Below are positions 9,726 through 19,456 of a stretch of 64,000 bases of DNA, in pieces (position 1 is the first letter of the stretch; the number at the start of each line of letters is the position of its first letter). A program made the translations under genes and the position numbers. The notes under the pieces are model-generated. The model was not told the DNA's origin and did not search any database. It saw only the letters and a program-made list of their open reading frames with translations. Source of the stretch: Fidelibacterota bacterium. Lineage in GTDB: Bacteria; Fidelibacterota; UBA2242. The stretch is taken from NCBI GenBank assembly GCA_049975265.1, contig JBNGDF010000006.1, forward strand, positions 2,360 to 66,359, read 5' to 3'.

Positions 9726-10718
9726 ATGAGTTTTAATCTTTCGGAACTGAATAAGAAAATCGAGCGTGAGAGCTCCTTTGTTCAGAATATCAAACAGGAG
9801 ATGGCGAAGGTCATTGTCGGACAGGAGGTGATGATCGAGAGACTGTTGATCGGTCTGCTCTGCAACGGTCACATCCTTCTGGAAGGGGTGCCTGGTCTGG
9901 CTAAGTCGTTGACGGTCAGCACGCTGGCAAAAATCATCCATACCTCTTTCCGCCGGATTCAGTTTACTCCCGACCTTCTGCCGGCGGACCTGATCGGAAC
10001 GATGATCTATAATCAGCAGAAAGCCAGTTTCGAAGTAAAAAAGGGTCCGATATTCAGCAATATTATTTTAGCCGACGAAATCAACCGCTCCCCCGCAAAA
10101 GTCCAGTCCGCTCTGCTGGAAGCCATGCAGGAGCGGCAGGTCAGTATCGGCGAAACCACGCATCGGCTGGACGATCCTTTCCTGGTGCTGGCGACCCAGA
10201 ACCCCATCGAGCAGGAGGGCACCTACCCGTTGCCGGAAGCCCAGGTAGACCGGTTTATGCTCAAGGTCATCCTAGATTATCCGAACAAAGAGGAGGAGCT
10301 GGAAATTATCAAACGCATGGCTCATCCGGACACCCGGATTGAGGTGAAAGCCGTAGTCAAACCGGCTGACATTCTCCGTGCCCGGCAGGTGGTGGATGAA
10401 ATTTACATCGATGAAAAAATCCATCAGTATATCGTTAATATTGTGTTTGCGACCCGGGACCCGGAAATCAATAATCTGAGCGATTTAAAGGATCTGATTC
10501 ACATCGGCGCATCCCCGCGGGCTTCGATCTATCTGACGATGGCATCCAAAGCCAAGGCATTCATTGAAGGTCGCGGCTATGTGACACCGGAAGATGTGCG
10601 GGATGTCCTGCGGGATATTTTACGCCACCGCATTATCCTGACCTTTGAAGCAGAGGCGGAAGAAGTGACCGTGGAACAGATTATTCGGCGGATTATCGAT
10701 ACGGTGGAAGTACCCTGA
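9726..10718 (+). CDS. moxR: MoxR family AAA+ ATPase
   Basis: LEGVPGLAKS, RIQFTPDLLPADL, DEINRSPAKVQSALLEAMQE, QEGTYPLPEAQVDRF. Confidence 0.95.
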   Translation: MSFNLSELNKKIERESSFVQNIKQEMAKVIVGQEVMIERLLIGLLCNGHILLEGVPGLAKSLTVSTLAKIIHTSFRRIQFTPDLLPADLIGTMIYNQQKASFEVKKGPIFSNIILADEINRSPAKVQSALLEAMQERQVSIGETTHRLDDPFLVLATQNPIEQEGTYPLPEAQVDRFMLKVILDYPNKEEELEIIKRMAHPDTRIEVKAVVKPADILRARQVVDEIYIDEKIHQYIVNIVFATRDPEINNLSDLKDLIHIGASPRASIYLTMASKAKAFIEGRGYVTPEDVRDVLRDILRHRIILTFEAEAEEVTVEQIIRRIIDTVEVP

Positions 10719-10799
10719 TTATCGGTTTATACCGTTCTATCCGGCTAGGACAATGATTCTTGACTAGGAATTGCATGCGATTTTTCTAAAAATATCGAT

Positions 10800-11678
10800 A
10801 TGATACCCAAGGAAATTTTAAAAAAAGTACGCCACATCGAACTGCATACCAGACACCTGGTCAATGACGTTTTCAGCGGCGAGTATCATTCGGTATTCAA
10901 GGGACAGGGGATGGAATTCGCCGAGGTACGGGAATACCAGTACGGCGATGACATCCGTACCATTGACTGGAACGTAACCGCCCGCTATCATCACCCCTTT
11001 GTCAAGGTGCACGAAGAGGAACGTGAGCTGAATGTCATGCTGGCGGTGGACGCCTCAAAATCCGGCGCTTTCGGCTCTCATGAAAAATTTAAAAACGAAA
11101 TCGCCGCCGAAATCTGTGCCCTGCTGGCGTTTTCCGCGATCAAAAATAATGATAAAGTCGGACTGCTGATTTTTACCGATCAGATTGAAAAATATATTCC
11201 GCCCCGCAAGGGGCGGGGTCATGTTCTGCGGGTGATCCGCGAACTTCTCTATTTTCAGCCGCAATCCACCCGAACAAACATTGCCAGCGGGCTGGAATAC
11301 CTGTTGAAGGGTTTGCAACGGCGTTCCATAGTGTTTGTCGTTTCCGATTTTGAGGACGACGGTTTTATGAAACCGCTGCGGGTACTGAACCAGAAGCACG
11401 ATGTGATTGCCATCGGGATGTTTGACAAACGGGAGCAGGAGTTGCCGCCTGTCGGACTGGTCAAGCTGCGGGACGCCGAAACCGGTGAGGAAATCTGGGT
11501 CAATACCCTAGATCGCAATCTTACGAAATTATATTCAGAATATATGGCTGAACGGCGGCAGAAGTTTGCCAAAGAGGCGAAAAATATGAACTTGGATCTG
11601 ATCCATATCGATGCCGGCGAGTCCTATGTAGAGCCGCTGGTGAAATTTTTCAAAATGCGGGAGAGGAGATTTCGATAG
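10800..11678 (+). CDS. DUF58 domain (VWA-like) MoxR partner
   Basis: GEYHSVFKGQGMEFAEVREYQYGDDIRTIDWNVTAR. Confidence 0.93.
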   Translation: MIPKEILKKVRHIELHTRHLVNDVFSGEYHSVFKGQGMEFAEVREYQYGDDIRTIDWNVTARYHHPFVKVHEEERELNVMLAVDASKSGAFGSHEKFKNEIAAEICALLAFSAIKNNDKVGLLIFTDQIEKYIPPRKGRGHVLRVIRELLYFQPQSTRTNIASGLEYLLKGLQRRSIVFVVSDFEDDGFMKPLRVLNQKHDVIAIGMFDKREQELPPVGLVKLRDAETGEEIWVNTLDRNLTKLYSEYMAERRQKFAKEAKNMNLDLIHIDAGESYVEPLVKFFKMRERRFR

Positions 11679-11681
11679 ATT

Positions 11682-12641
11682 TTGTTAAGTGAAATCCGGT
11701 GTAAGCGGCAGTTACTGATATTCATTTTGATTCTGTCTGGCAGCAGCCTGCTCGCCGATCCGGTTCCCTTAGCAATCGAATCTTCCATCGATACGACTCT
11801 GGCGACAATCGGCGACCGGATTCATCTTCGGTTATCCATGCAATATCCCGCCGGTACGCAGTTCCTTCTGCCGGAATTCGGTGAGACGCTGGGAAAATGG
11901 GATCTGCTGGATCAGCGGCTCAGCGAACCGCAAAAAATTCCGGGTGGCTTTCACCAGGAACTGGCGCTGGAGATAACGGTTTTTGATACCGGACGGATCG
12001 TGGTGCCCGGAATCGAATTACGGGCAGTTGACGTTGGTGATTCCACCCAGTCAATGGTCTTCACTACCGATGAATACGTGGTGGATGTCATTTCCGTGTT
12101 GCCGCCGGGAACCACCGAACCGAAGGACATCAAACCGCCCTTCGGACTTCCCCGAATTATTCCCTGGTCGTATATTCTGTTTGCTCTTTTGATTGTTGGA
12201 ATTTTGGTTACCTGGTGGATTTTGTACCGGCACTGGAAACGTCAGCAGCCGCCCAAGCCTCTGGATGAGCACTACCTTGAACCGCCGCATGTGGCGGCTT
12301 TTCGGAAATTGGAGGCGCTGAAAGCCAGGCGGTACAAAACCGGGGCTGACATGCGGCAATTTTACTTTCGCTTATCCGAGATTGTGCGGGAGTACCTGGA
12401 GCGTCGCTACTTCATCAGAGCGCTGGAGATGACGACCCGTGAGATCCTGGAAACCTTCGGCGAACTGGAACTGGTCGATGGCGCGGGGAAGGAATTTAAA
12501 CAGCTCTTCGAAGGTCTGGACCTGGTGAAATTTGCCAACATCCTTCCTGCCCCTGACAAAATGCTCCACTATTGGGATTTAGCATACAATTGTATCAATA
12601 AGACAAAACGTGAACCCTTTCTAAACAGGAGGTCATCGTGA
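11682..12641 (+). CDS. BatD-like/DUF4381-like membrane protein of moxR-DUF58 loci
   Basis: Signal peptide, Ig-like region, DIKPP, TM helix, LSEIVREYLERRY..ALEMTT..DLVKFA; TTG start uncertain. Confidence 0.75.
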   Translation: MLSEIRCKRQLLIFILILSGSSLLADPVPLAIESSIDTTLATIGDRIHLRLSMQYPAGTQFLLPEFGETLGKWDLLDQRLSEPQKIPGGFHQELALEITVFDTGRIVVPGIELRAVDVGDSTQSMVFTTDEYVVDVISVLPPGTTEPKDIKPPFGLPRIIPWSYILFALLIVGILVTWWILYRHWKRQQPPKPLDEHYLEPPHVAAFRKLEALKARRYKTGADMRQFYFRLSEIVREYLERRYFIRALEMTTREILETFGELELVDGAGKEFKQLFEGLDLVKFANILPAPDKMLHYWDLAYNCINKTKREPFLNRRSS

Positions 12642-13585
12642 TTGAAGTACGCAATCTGGTCAAACACTATGGCGATGTCAAAGCCGTGGATGACATCTCC
12701 TTTACGGTTAAAAACGGTGAAATTCTGGGCTTTCTGGGTCCGAACGGCGCCGGTAAGACGACGACCCTGAAGGTCATCACCGGTTACCTGTCACCCACCG
12801 CCGGTAATGTGTTTGTGGATGGAATGAATGTGCTGGACGATTCGATGGAAATCCGCAAAATGATCGGCTATCTGCCGGAAATGAATCCCCTGTATCACGA
12901 TATGCAGGTCTATGATTTTCTTGAATTTGTCGCCCGTGTCAGAGAGATTGATAAAAATCAATTTCGGACCCGTCTGCATGAGGTGATAGACTTATGCGGA
13001 CTGAAAGGAGTTGTGCACAAGAACATCAATGAACTCAGTAAGGGGTATTGCCAGCGGGTCGGGCTGGCGCAGGCGATTATTCATGATCCCGATATCCTGA
13101 TTCTGGACGAACCGACTTCCGGTCTGGACCCCAACCAGATCGTTGAGATTCGGGGATTGATCAAGAATCTGGGAAAGGAGAAAACGGTAATCATTTCAAG
13201 CCACATTCTCCAGGAGATGCAGGCGACCGCCGATCGGATGATCATTATTAATAGAGGTCGCATCGTTGCCAATGGGACGGTGGAAGAACTAATGAGCGAT
13301 TTCAAAGGCAAGACCCGCCTGACTCTGGAATTGAAAAATGCCGACGAAGAGGCGGTGAAAAAACTGCAAACCCTGCAGGAAGGCATTTTACTGACGGATT
13401 TGGACGTAAAAGAGCAAAATATCACCGCAGTTCTGGAATATCCCAATACGGCGGATCCCCGTGAAGAGATATTCAGGCAGATCGTCAAAAACAGATGGAC
13501 TCTGCTAGAAATGAGCCGCCATAAAACCAGCCTTGAAGAGGTTTTCCGCAACCTGACGATAGAAGGAGGCGATCATGCAAAGTAA
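12638..13585 (+). CDS. ABC transporter ATP-binding protein (GldA-like)
   Basis: GPNGAGKTT, LSKGYCQRVGLAQA, LILDEPTSGLDPNQ, SSH. Confidence 0.92.
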   Translation: MIEVRNLVKHYGDVKAVDDISFTVKNGEILGFLGPNGAGKTTTLKVITGYLSPTAGNVFVDGMNVLDDSMEIRKMIGYLPEMNPLYHDMQVYDFLEFVARVREIDKNQFRTRLHEVIDLCGLKGVVHKNINELSKGYCQRVGLAQAIIHDPDILILDEPTSGLDPNQIVEIRGLIKNLGKEKTVIISSHILQEMQATADRMIIINRGRIVANGTVEELMSDFKGKTRLTLELKNADEEAVKKLQTLQEGILLTDLDVKEQNITAVLEYPNTADPREEIFRQIVKNRWTLLEMSRHKTSLEEVFRNLTIEGGDHAK

Positions 13586-14291
13586 TTACAAGATTCTTTA
13601 CCGCAAAGAGGTGCAGTCCTTTTTCAACAGCCCGGTCGCCTATATCACCCTGGTGATATTTCTGCTGATCAGCGCCTGGTTTACCATGAGCACCTTTTTC
13701 CTGATCAATGAATCGGATCTGCGGACACTGTTCTCCGTTGTGCCGATTGTCTATCTCTTCTTCGTACCGGCAATCACCATGGGGCTGATTGCCAGAGAAA
13801 AAAACTCCGGAACCATGGAATTCATTACCACGCTGCCGTTTACTGACGGAGAGATCATTCTGGCGAAATTTCTGGCTGCCCTGACGCTGATCGGGACGGC
13901 ACTGGCTTTTACGCTGGTGCACCTGATTACGCTGCTTATCATCGGGAATAATATTGATGTTGGAGCGTTGATATCCGGGTATCTGGGGCTGCTCCTGGTG
14001 GGTGGCGTGTATGCCGCTATCGGAACATTCGGAAGCACGGTGACCGATAATCAGATCACCGCTTTTCTGACCAGCTTTCTGATCGTTTTTATCTTCTTTA
14101 TTCTGGATAAAATTCTGATCTTTGTACCCGGATTTCTGGGATCTGTATTTCAGTTTCTCAGCATCGATTATCATCTCAGCAATATCTCCAAAGGCGTCAT
14201 CGATTCCCGCAATCTGATCTATTTCGGCTCGATGATCGCATTTTTTCTGCTGGTAAGTGTCCGGGTTCTGGAAATGAGGAAGTGGAGGTAG
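13575..14291 (+). CDS. ABC-2 permease (GldF-like)
   Basis: FNSPVAY, PAITM..IAREK.SGTME, TDNQITAF, GVIDSRNLIYF; multiple TM helices. Confidence 0.9.
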   Translation: MQSNYKILYRKEVQSFFNSPVAYITLVIFLLISAWFTMSTFFLINESDLRTLFSVVPIVYLFFVPAITMGLIAREKNSGTMEFITTLPFTDGEIILAKFLAALTLIGTALAFTLVHLITLLIIGNNIDVGALISGYLGLLLVGGVYAAIGTFGSTVTDNQITAFLTSFLIVFIFFILDKILIFVPGFLGSVFQFLSIDYHLSNISKGVIDSRNLIYFGSMIAFFLLVSVRVLEMRKWR

Positions 14292-14293
14292 AA

Positions 14294-15910
14294 ATGGCAA
14301 TTATATCCAATAAAAAACAGTTTACCCTTTATATCGTACTGCTGGCGGCGATCATTGTGATCTTTAATCTCGTATCGCGCGCCCTGTTTGTCCGGCTCGA
14401 TCTGACGGAAAATAATATGTACTCGCTCTCCAAATCCAGTAAACAGGTGATTGAAAAGCTGGATGACCGGATGCTGGCGAAAGTGTTTTTTTCCAAGGAT
14501 ATTCCGGGGCAGCTGGCAAATTCCCGACGCTATCTGCAGGACCTGCTGGAAGAGTACGAAGCCTATTCCAAAGGGCGATTCCATTTTGAGTTCATCGCTC
14601 CTGATGACAACGAAGAGGCTCAGAACGAAGCCCGCGGCTACGGTATTCCACCGGTACAGGCGCAGGTAATTGAAAATGACAAGCTGGAAATAAAAAACAT
14701 CTACATGGGTCTGGTTTTACTGTACAATGATAAAAAAGAGACGATTCCGGCGATTCAGACCGATGAAGGGCTTGAATACCTGCTGACGGCGGCAATAAAA
14801 AAATTGGCGGCTACCGACATGAAAACAGTCGGCATAGTCTCCTCAAGCGGGAAAAACATATCCACCAATCAATTACAGGAACAGCTGCGGCAGACCTATA
14901 ATATCCGTAATGTTTCTCTGGACAACGAGATTCCCGTGAATATCAACGTACTGTTACTAAACGGCTTTCGGGACTCCGTAGCACTGGACCAGCTCTACTA
15001 TCTAGATCAATATCTCATGCGTGGTGGCAAACTCTTCGTCGGTCAGGCACGCCAGGTGGATCATCTGCAGGAGGGCTATGCGGAGGAGATCAAATCCAAT
15101 ATTTTTGATTTTCTGGAGCATTACGGTCTCAAAATCGGTCGGGACCTGTTGACGGACCAGAACTGCGGTCAGATCAGTATTCAGCAGCGCCGCGGCTTTT
15201 TTGCCTTTAGCAACGCCATCGACTATCCGGTCTTTCCGCTGATTCACTACTTCAATCCTGAAAACCTGATTGTTAAGAATCTCGAACAGGTGCGTCCCTT
15301 TTTCGTCAATGAGGTTGCGCCCGCCGATTCACTGGTTCATTTTATTCCACTGATGCGTACCTCGGATAAAACCGGTGCAATTTCGCCGGGCATGGTGCCG
15401 CAGACAACACCTTACGGTCAGTACAGCATGGTTGAGGGCTATAATATCTCGCCGCATATTCCCCGCTCCCAGATGCAAAATCCGGCTATGGCTTCTTTCC
15501 CGCTGAAGTCGAAAACCATAGCCGGTCTGGTAACCGGACAATTGCAAAGTTATTTCGTTGATAATCCGGATTTTAATCAGCGGGATAAATTTCTGTCCAC
15601 TGGTGAAAATGCCGAGATACTCCTGATAGCTGATAATGAATTTTTCAATGACAACCGGGCAGCCGGTATTCCCGAGAATTTGGATTTTATCCTGAATAGT
15701 ATTGATTATCTGTCCGGCGATCAGGAGCTGGTGGAGATTCGTTCTCGGACAGTTACGGCACGTCCGCTGGATCAGCTGTCCGATGGGGCGCGACGTTTCT
15801 GGAAGTGGTTTAATATTGTAGCGCCGGCGCTGCTAGTGATCATTTTTGGTCTGATCCGCTGGCGTAGAAATATCACGAAACGCAAACTGCTGGAGGGACT
15901 CTATGGCTAA
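14294..15910 (+). CDS. GldG-like ABC transporter auxiliary component
   Basis: RLDLTENNMYSLS, LDQYLMRGGKL, NLDFILNSIDYLSGD..L..IRSR, C-terminal TM; ATG 14294 after GGAGG. Confidence 0.88.
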   Translation: MAIISNKKQFTLYIVLLAAIIVIFNLVSRALFVRLDLTENNMYSLSKSSKQVIEKLDDRMLAKVFFSKDIPGQLANSRRYLQDLLEEYEAYSKGRFHFEFIAPDDNEEAQNEARGYGIPPVQAQVIENDKLEIKNIYMGLVLLYNDKKETIPAIQTDEGLEYLLTAAIKKLAATDMKTVGIVSSSGKNISTNQLQEQLRQTYNIRNVSLDNEIPVNINVLLLNGFRDSVALDQLYYLDQYLMRGGKLFVGQARQVDHLQEGYAEEIKSNIFDFLEHYGLKIGRDLLTDQNCGQISIQQRRGFFAFSNAIDYPVFPLIHYFNPENLIVKNLEQVRPFFVNEVAPADSLVHFIPLMRTSDKTGAISPGMVPQTTPYGQYSMVEGYNISPHIPRSQMQNPAMASFPLKSKTIAGLVTGQLQSYFVDNPDFNQRDKFLSTGENAEILLIADNEFFNDNRAAGIPENLDFILNSIDYLSGDQELVEIRSRTVTARPLDQLSDGARRFWKWFNIVAPALLVIIFGLIRWRRNITKRKLLEGLYG

Positions 15911-16421
15911 AAAACAAAACCCTTGGTTGAAGTACATTGTTCTGCTGGCAATTGCACTGGTGCTGTTGCTGGTGGTTACGCTGAAAAACCGGCGCTATCA
16001 GCCGGATATTACGGATGTATTTAAGGTGAATATCGAAGATGTCACCGCCTTTACCATTACTAAGGATACGGTTTCGGTGACGCTGGTCAAGGGCGATACC
16101 ACCTGGGTATTCGCCGAACCGGATACCGGCGTCGTCAAAGATTTCCGTATTGAGAATTTCTTCAAGAATATCGTAGAGGCGAAAAAGTCGGGATACATTA
16201 CGAAAAATCCTGAGAAATACGACCAGTATAACGTATCCGAAGAAAAAGGTCTCAAAATTGACCTGAAAAAGGGTGAATTCGTACTGGCGACAATTTACCT
16301 GGGACGATCGAAGACCAGTTGGTCGCAGGACTATATTCGCTATCCCGACGATCCAAAAGTCTATATCAGCCAGAATAAGATGCTCAGTTATGCCTCGGAA
16401 CGAGCCTCTTTCTGGCGATAG
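15903..16421 (+). CDS. DUF4340-like membrane-anchored protein
   Basis: N-terminal TM; YIR.....VY and C-terminal WR typical of the DUF4340 genes that follow gldG-like genes. Confidence 0.7.
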   Translation: MAKKQNPWLKYIVLLAIALVLLLVVTLKNRRYQPDITDVFKVNIEDVTAFTITKDTVSVTLVKGDTTWVFAEPDTGVVKDFRIENFFKNIVEAKKSGYITKNPEKYDQYNVSEEKGLKIDLKKGEFVLATIYLGRSKTSWSQDYIRYPDDPKVYISQNKMLSYASERASFWR

Positions 16422-16462
16422 GAAAAGCAGAGTCACTACATCCTTTTCCCGGATATTATCCC

Positions 16463-16495
16463 AAAAAAACGCCCGGCGGTTCGCCGGACGTTTTT
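16463..16495. terminator. Bidirectional intrinsic terminator between convergent genes
   Basis: AAAAAAACGCCCGGCG-GTT-CGCCGGACGTTTTT (one mismatch), with A/T tracts on both sides. Confidence 0.8.
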
Positions 16496-16525
16496 CCAAT
16501 TGTCTGTTCGGGAAGGCGAAGACAG

Positions 16526-17584
16526 CTACGAAGGACCGGCTTTATACCGTTTCAGATTCTCCTGATACGACGTTTCGTCGGGTGCCAGCTCCACTGCCCG
16601 TTGCATGGCGGCGATGGCTTCTTCCGTGTATCCGGCGGCAAATAGCAGCTGCCCCAGGGTGTCCCAAATGGAGTCGGATTCCGGTTCCAGCGCTACTGCC
16701 GTTCTTGCCACTGCGATACCCCGTTCGTAGTAATCATTGACCTTGTTCTGGAAAATGTACCAGGCGTAGCTGTTCATCATGGAGGCGTTTTCCGGCAGTT
16801 TGGTTAATGCCTCCTCGTAAGTGGCGATGACATTGTCTCGATCCTTTTTCAGACGAAAGAAACGTGCCAGGCTGCTGTAGGCGTAATACTGCCGGTACGG
16901 ATTGTTACAATTTTTCGCGTACTGCTGTAAATAGCTCGGGTCGTTCCGGCTAAAGGTCTTGGTTTCAGCGACGAAATATTCGGATTCGCTGTAGATTTTG
17001 GAATGCTTGTCTGTTTCCAGAGCAAGAACCTTTTCAAAATATTTCAGCGCCGTTTTCTCATCCCCGCGGTCATTATACTTATCGGCAATGTCGAAATTCA
17101 GTTGCGCGCAATCCTCAGCGGTATTGATTTTTGTTAAAAGATCATCTAATGTATTTTTACCTTCTGTGTAATCCTTGATCCTCTGGAAATATTCATCCTT
17201 ATTCCCGTTGAAACCGACGATACGGTCGATTTCATCACCCTTGGCGGAAAAGAGAACCATGGTCGGATAGCCGGGAATCTTAAACTGTTTGCGCAGGGTA
17301 TTGCCCAAGTCGGAATCGCCGTCCAGTTTCAGGGCGACGTAATTGGTATTGATAAAATCGGCGACATCTTTTTTCGTGAAGACCAACTGGTCTAAGCGTT
17401 CGCAGGAGCTTCACCAGTCGGTGTAAAAATATGCCAGCAGCCGGCGACCACTATCCCGGGCTTCGATCCGGGCTTCATCAAATTCGATGATCCTGAAATT
17501 GATCCTCCCGGGTTTTTCTTCGACGGTTTTCTGTGAACAGGCACCTAAAAAGAGCAAGAGAAAGATCCAGACAGTGTGTTTCAT
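16526..17584 (-). CDS. Selenocysteine-containing thioredoxin-fold + TPR lipoprotein (352 aa; U58)
   Basis: ATG 17584 after GAGGA; MKHTVWIFLLLFLGAC (lipobox)...LLAYFYTDW-TGA-SSCERLDQLVF, in frame with ORF 16526..17386; cis-Pro GYPT; C-terminal TPRs (NSYAW, WDTLG). Confidence 0.88.
17380..17393 (-). promoter_or_regulatory. Candidate bacterial SECIS apical hairpin
   Basis: mRNA after UGA: AGCUCCUGCGAACGCUU-AGACC-AGUU-GGUCU; loop starts 22 nt after UGA with G at loop position 2. Confidence 0.55.
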
Positions 17585-17609
17585 AAATCCTCATGAAAAT
17601 TAATCGCTA

Positions 17610-17638
17610 AAAATAAGTAGCTGATCCCGGATTCGCAA
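17610..17638 (-). promoter_or_regulatory. Putative promoter of the selenoprotein gene
   Basis: TTGCGA-N17-TATTTT, 25 nt upstream of ATG 17584. Confidence 0.45.
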
Positions 17639-17802
17639 TGAATTTATCGGTTCAATGGTCAGGTTTCACAGACATTGAAGTTTTTTGGGACTATCCGCAC
17701 TTGCCGGCGTCGTTATTCCTGTAAGTGCCCAAAAGATGTATGTCCGCTGGATTTGTTTTTACCTTTAGGAATTCTGGTGCAGACGCTGATGACAATCGAA
17801 AT

Positions 17803-17970
17803 GGATCGGGAGGCATCGAGAAAAATATTGGCATTCATATCGGAAGACGATGTAAGAAACAAGGGATGAGTCGGAGCCGTGAAGGTATTAACAATTTACT
17901 GACGCTGAGGGGTAATAAACTGAATGAGTTGTGGCGTAAAACACTAAATAAATACGAATACTCCAGGTGA
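17803..17970 (+). mobile_element. Transposase C-terminal remnant (ISLre2/ISKra4/UPF0236-like)
   Basis: GSGGIEKNIGIHIGRRCKKQGMSRSREGINNLLTLR...NELW resembles the GSG.IE...RR.K..GMSWS..G...LL.LR motif; no N-terminal part. Confidence 0.6.
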
Positions 17971-18024
17971 GTGCATATACTTTTACTTGCTTCCATGCAG
18001 TATATTTCGGACAGAAATCCTACA

Positions 18025-18612
18025 CTATTTGTATAATCTGTGACGATGAATGTAATCGGCGACATTTTCAGGAACCAGTTCCTCAATGGACTCGCCGTTC
18101 CCTGCTTTTTGCCGAATGACGCTGGAGGAAATATCGTACAGTGGGTTTTCCAGTAGTTCAACCCGGTCCCGAAATTCAGCCGGTATCTCTTCCACCGGAT
18201 AGTGTGGTCGCGTCGCCACCACGACCCGTGCTTCCGCCAAAATCCGCTCCGGCTCGTGCCAGGTATGAAATTCCGTCAAACTGTCCGAGCCGATCAGGAA
18301 AAAAAGGTTTTTCCGCACAAGCCCGTAGATTTTCTTAATCTGAAGAATCGTCTCGATGGAATAGGATACGCCGCCACGCTTTATCTCCACTTCGGAAACG
18401 GCAGCATTCGGGTGGGACTGCAGCGCCAACCGCAACATCGTCAGACGATGATGAACAGGGCTGACCGGTCGGGACGTCTTGTGCGGCGCTATATAACTGG
18501 GCACAAACAATACCTGTTCGACCTGAAACCGGGACAGACACTGCCGGGCAATCGCCAGATGACCGTTGTGGGGCGGATCAAATGTGCCACCAAAAAGACA
18601 GATGTTCATCAC
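18025..18612 (-). CDS. nadD: Nicotinate-nucleotide adenylyltransferase
   Basis: FGGTFDPPHNGH, PHK, FLIGSDS, ISSS.IR. Confidence 0.96.
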   Translation of the reverse strand: MMNICLFGGTFDPPHNGHLAIARQCLSRFQVEQVLFVPSYIAPHKTSRPVSPVHHRLTMLRLALQSHPNAAVSEVEIKRGGVSYSIETILQIKKIYGLVRKNLFFLIGSDSLTEFHTWHEPERILAEARVVVATRPHYPVEEIPAEFRDRVELLENPLYDISSSVIRQKAGNGESIEELVPENVADYIHRHRLYK

Positions 18613-19412
18613 CGCTGTCTTCTCTTTTCCTCTTTGGCAATCTTACGCTTTTCCCGATGGTAAACCCGCTCCAGCTTCTGCAGATAGTTTTCAATCTCCG
18701 GTGTTTTAGGGACCCTTTCGACAATCTTCAACATTTCCTGATAACGATCAAACTGACGCAACCGGATATAACAATAGGCTTTTTCCAGATGGGCAAAAAC
18801 AGCCCATTTGGTATCATAATATTCCTCCAACATCTTGTCCATATACAAAATCGCTGAGTCGTAATACTGCAATTTCCGGTAGAGTTTGCCGCTTTCGAAT
18901 ACTTTACGAGCCAGTTTATTGCGAATATCGGCAATTTTATTCTCGGCGTCCGGTCGCATCTCACTTGCCGGATAGGCATCGATGAAATCCTGAAAATACT
19001 GAAGAGCTCTGACCGTACTCTGTTGATCGAGGGGGTATTTCGGTGACTGCTCAAAATATGACAGCGCCACCCGAAAATAGGCTTTCTCCACAAGGGGACT
19101 GTAGCTATACCGCTCGGTCACCTGCCGATACTCTGCGGCAGCCAGTAAATACTCCTTTTTTTCAAAATAGCAATCCCCCAGATAGTACTGGGCATCATCC
19201 GCCAGTTCACCGCCGGGTGAATTAAGCAACACCATATTGAAATTATCAATGGCTTTCTCATAACGCTTCTTTTGAAACGCCTCTACACCGCGCTCGAAAT
19301 ACTCCGGTGCCGTCATCCGGACATCGTCCGCCTTTTTTGCACAGCTGCCGACTAAAACCAGCAGGATTACTAAAAAGGTTACGCTACTATTGGCAATTAT
19401 TTTAGAGGTCAT
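18609..19412 (-). CDS. bamD: Outer membrane protein assembly factor BamD
   Basis: Lipobox VGSC, TPRs, SPKYPLDQQST, FQDFIDAYP, LARKVFESGKLY. Confidence 0.88.
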   Translation of the reverse strand: MTSKIIANSSVTFLVILLVLVGSCAKKADDVRMTAPEYFERGVEAFQKKRYEKAIDNFNMVLLNSPGGELADDAQYYLGDCYFEKKEYLLAAAEYRQVTERYSYSPLVEKAYFRVALSYFEQSPKYPLDQQSTVRALQYFQDFIDAYPASEMRPDAENKIADIRNKLARKVFESGKLYRKLQYYDSAILYMDKMLEEYYDTKWAVFAHLEKAYCYIRLRQFDRYQEMLKIVERVPKTPEIENYLQKLERVYHREKRKIAKEEKRRQR

Positions 19413-19456
19413 TATATCCTATAAATTTACCGGTCCAGATAAGCCTGTATTCAATT

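Noticed and set aside
16526..17386. 286-aa ORF starting at TTG 17386 as the real gene, or a pseudogene call
   Set aside because: It would lack the signal peptide and active site. The upstream frame, RBS and TGA at the catalytic Cys position favour Sec readthrough.
17675..18161. ORFs 17675..17869 and 17835..18161 as genes
   Set aside because: No recognisable motifs or RBS; they overlap the transposase remnant or nadD.
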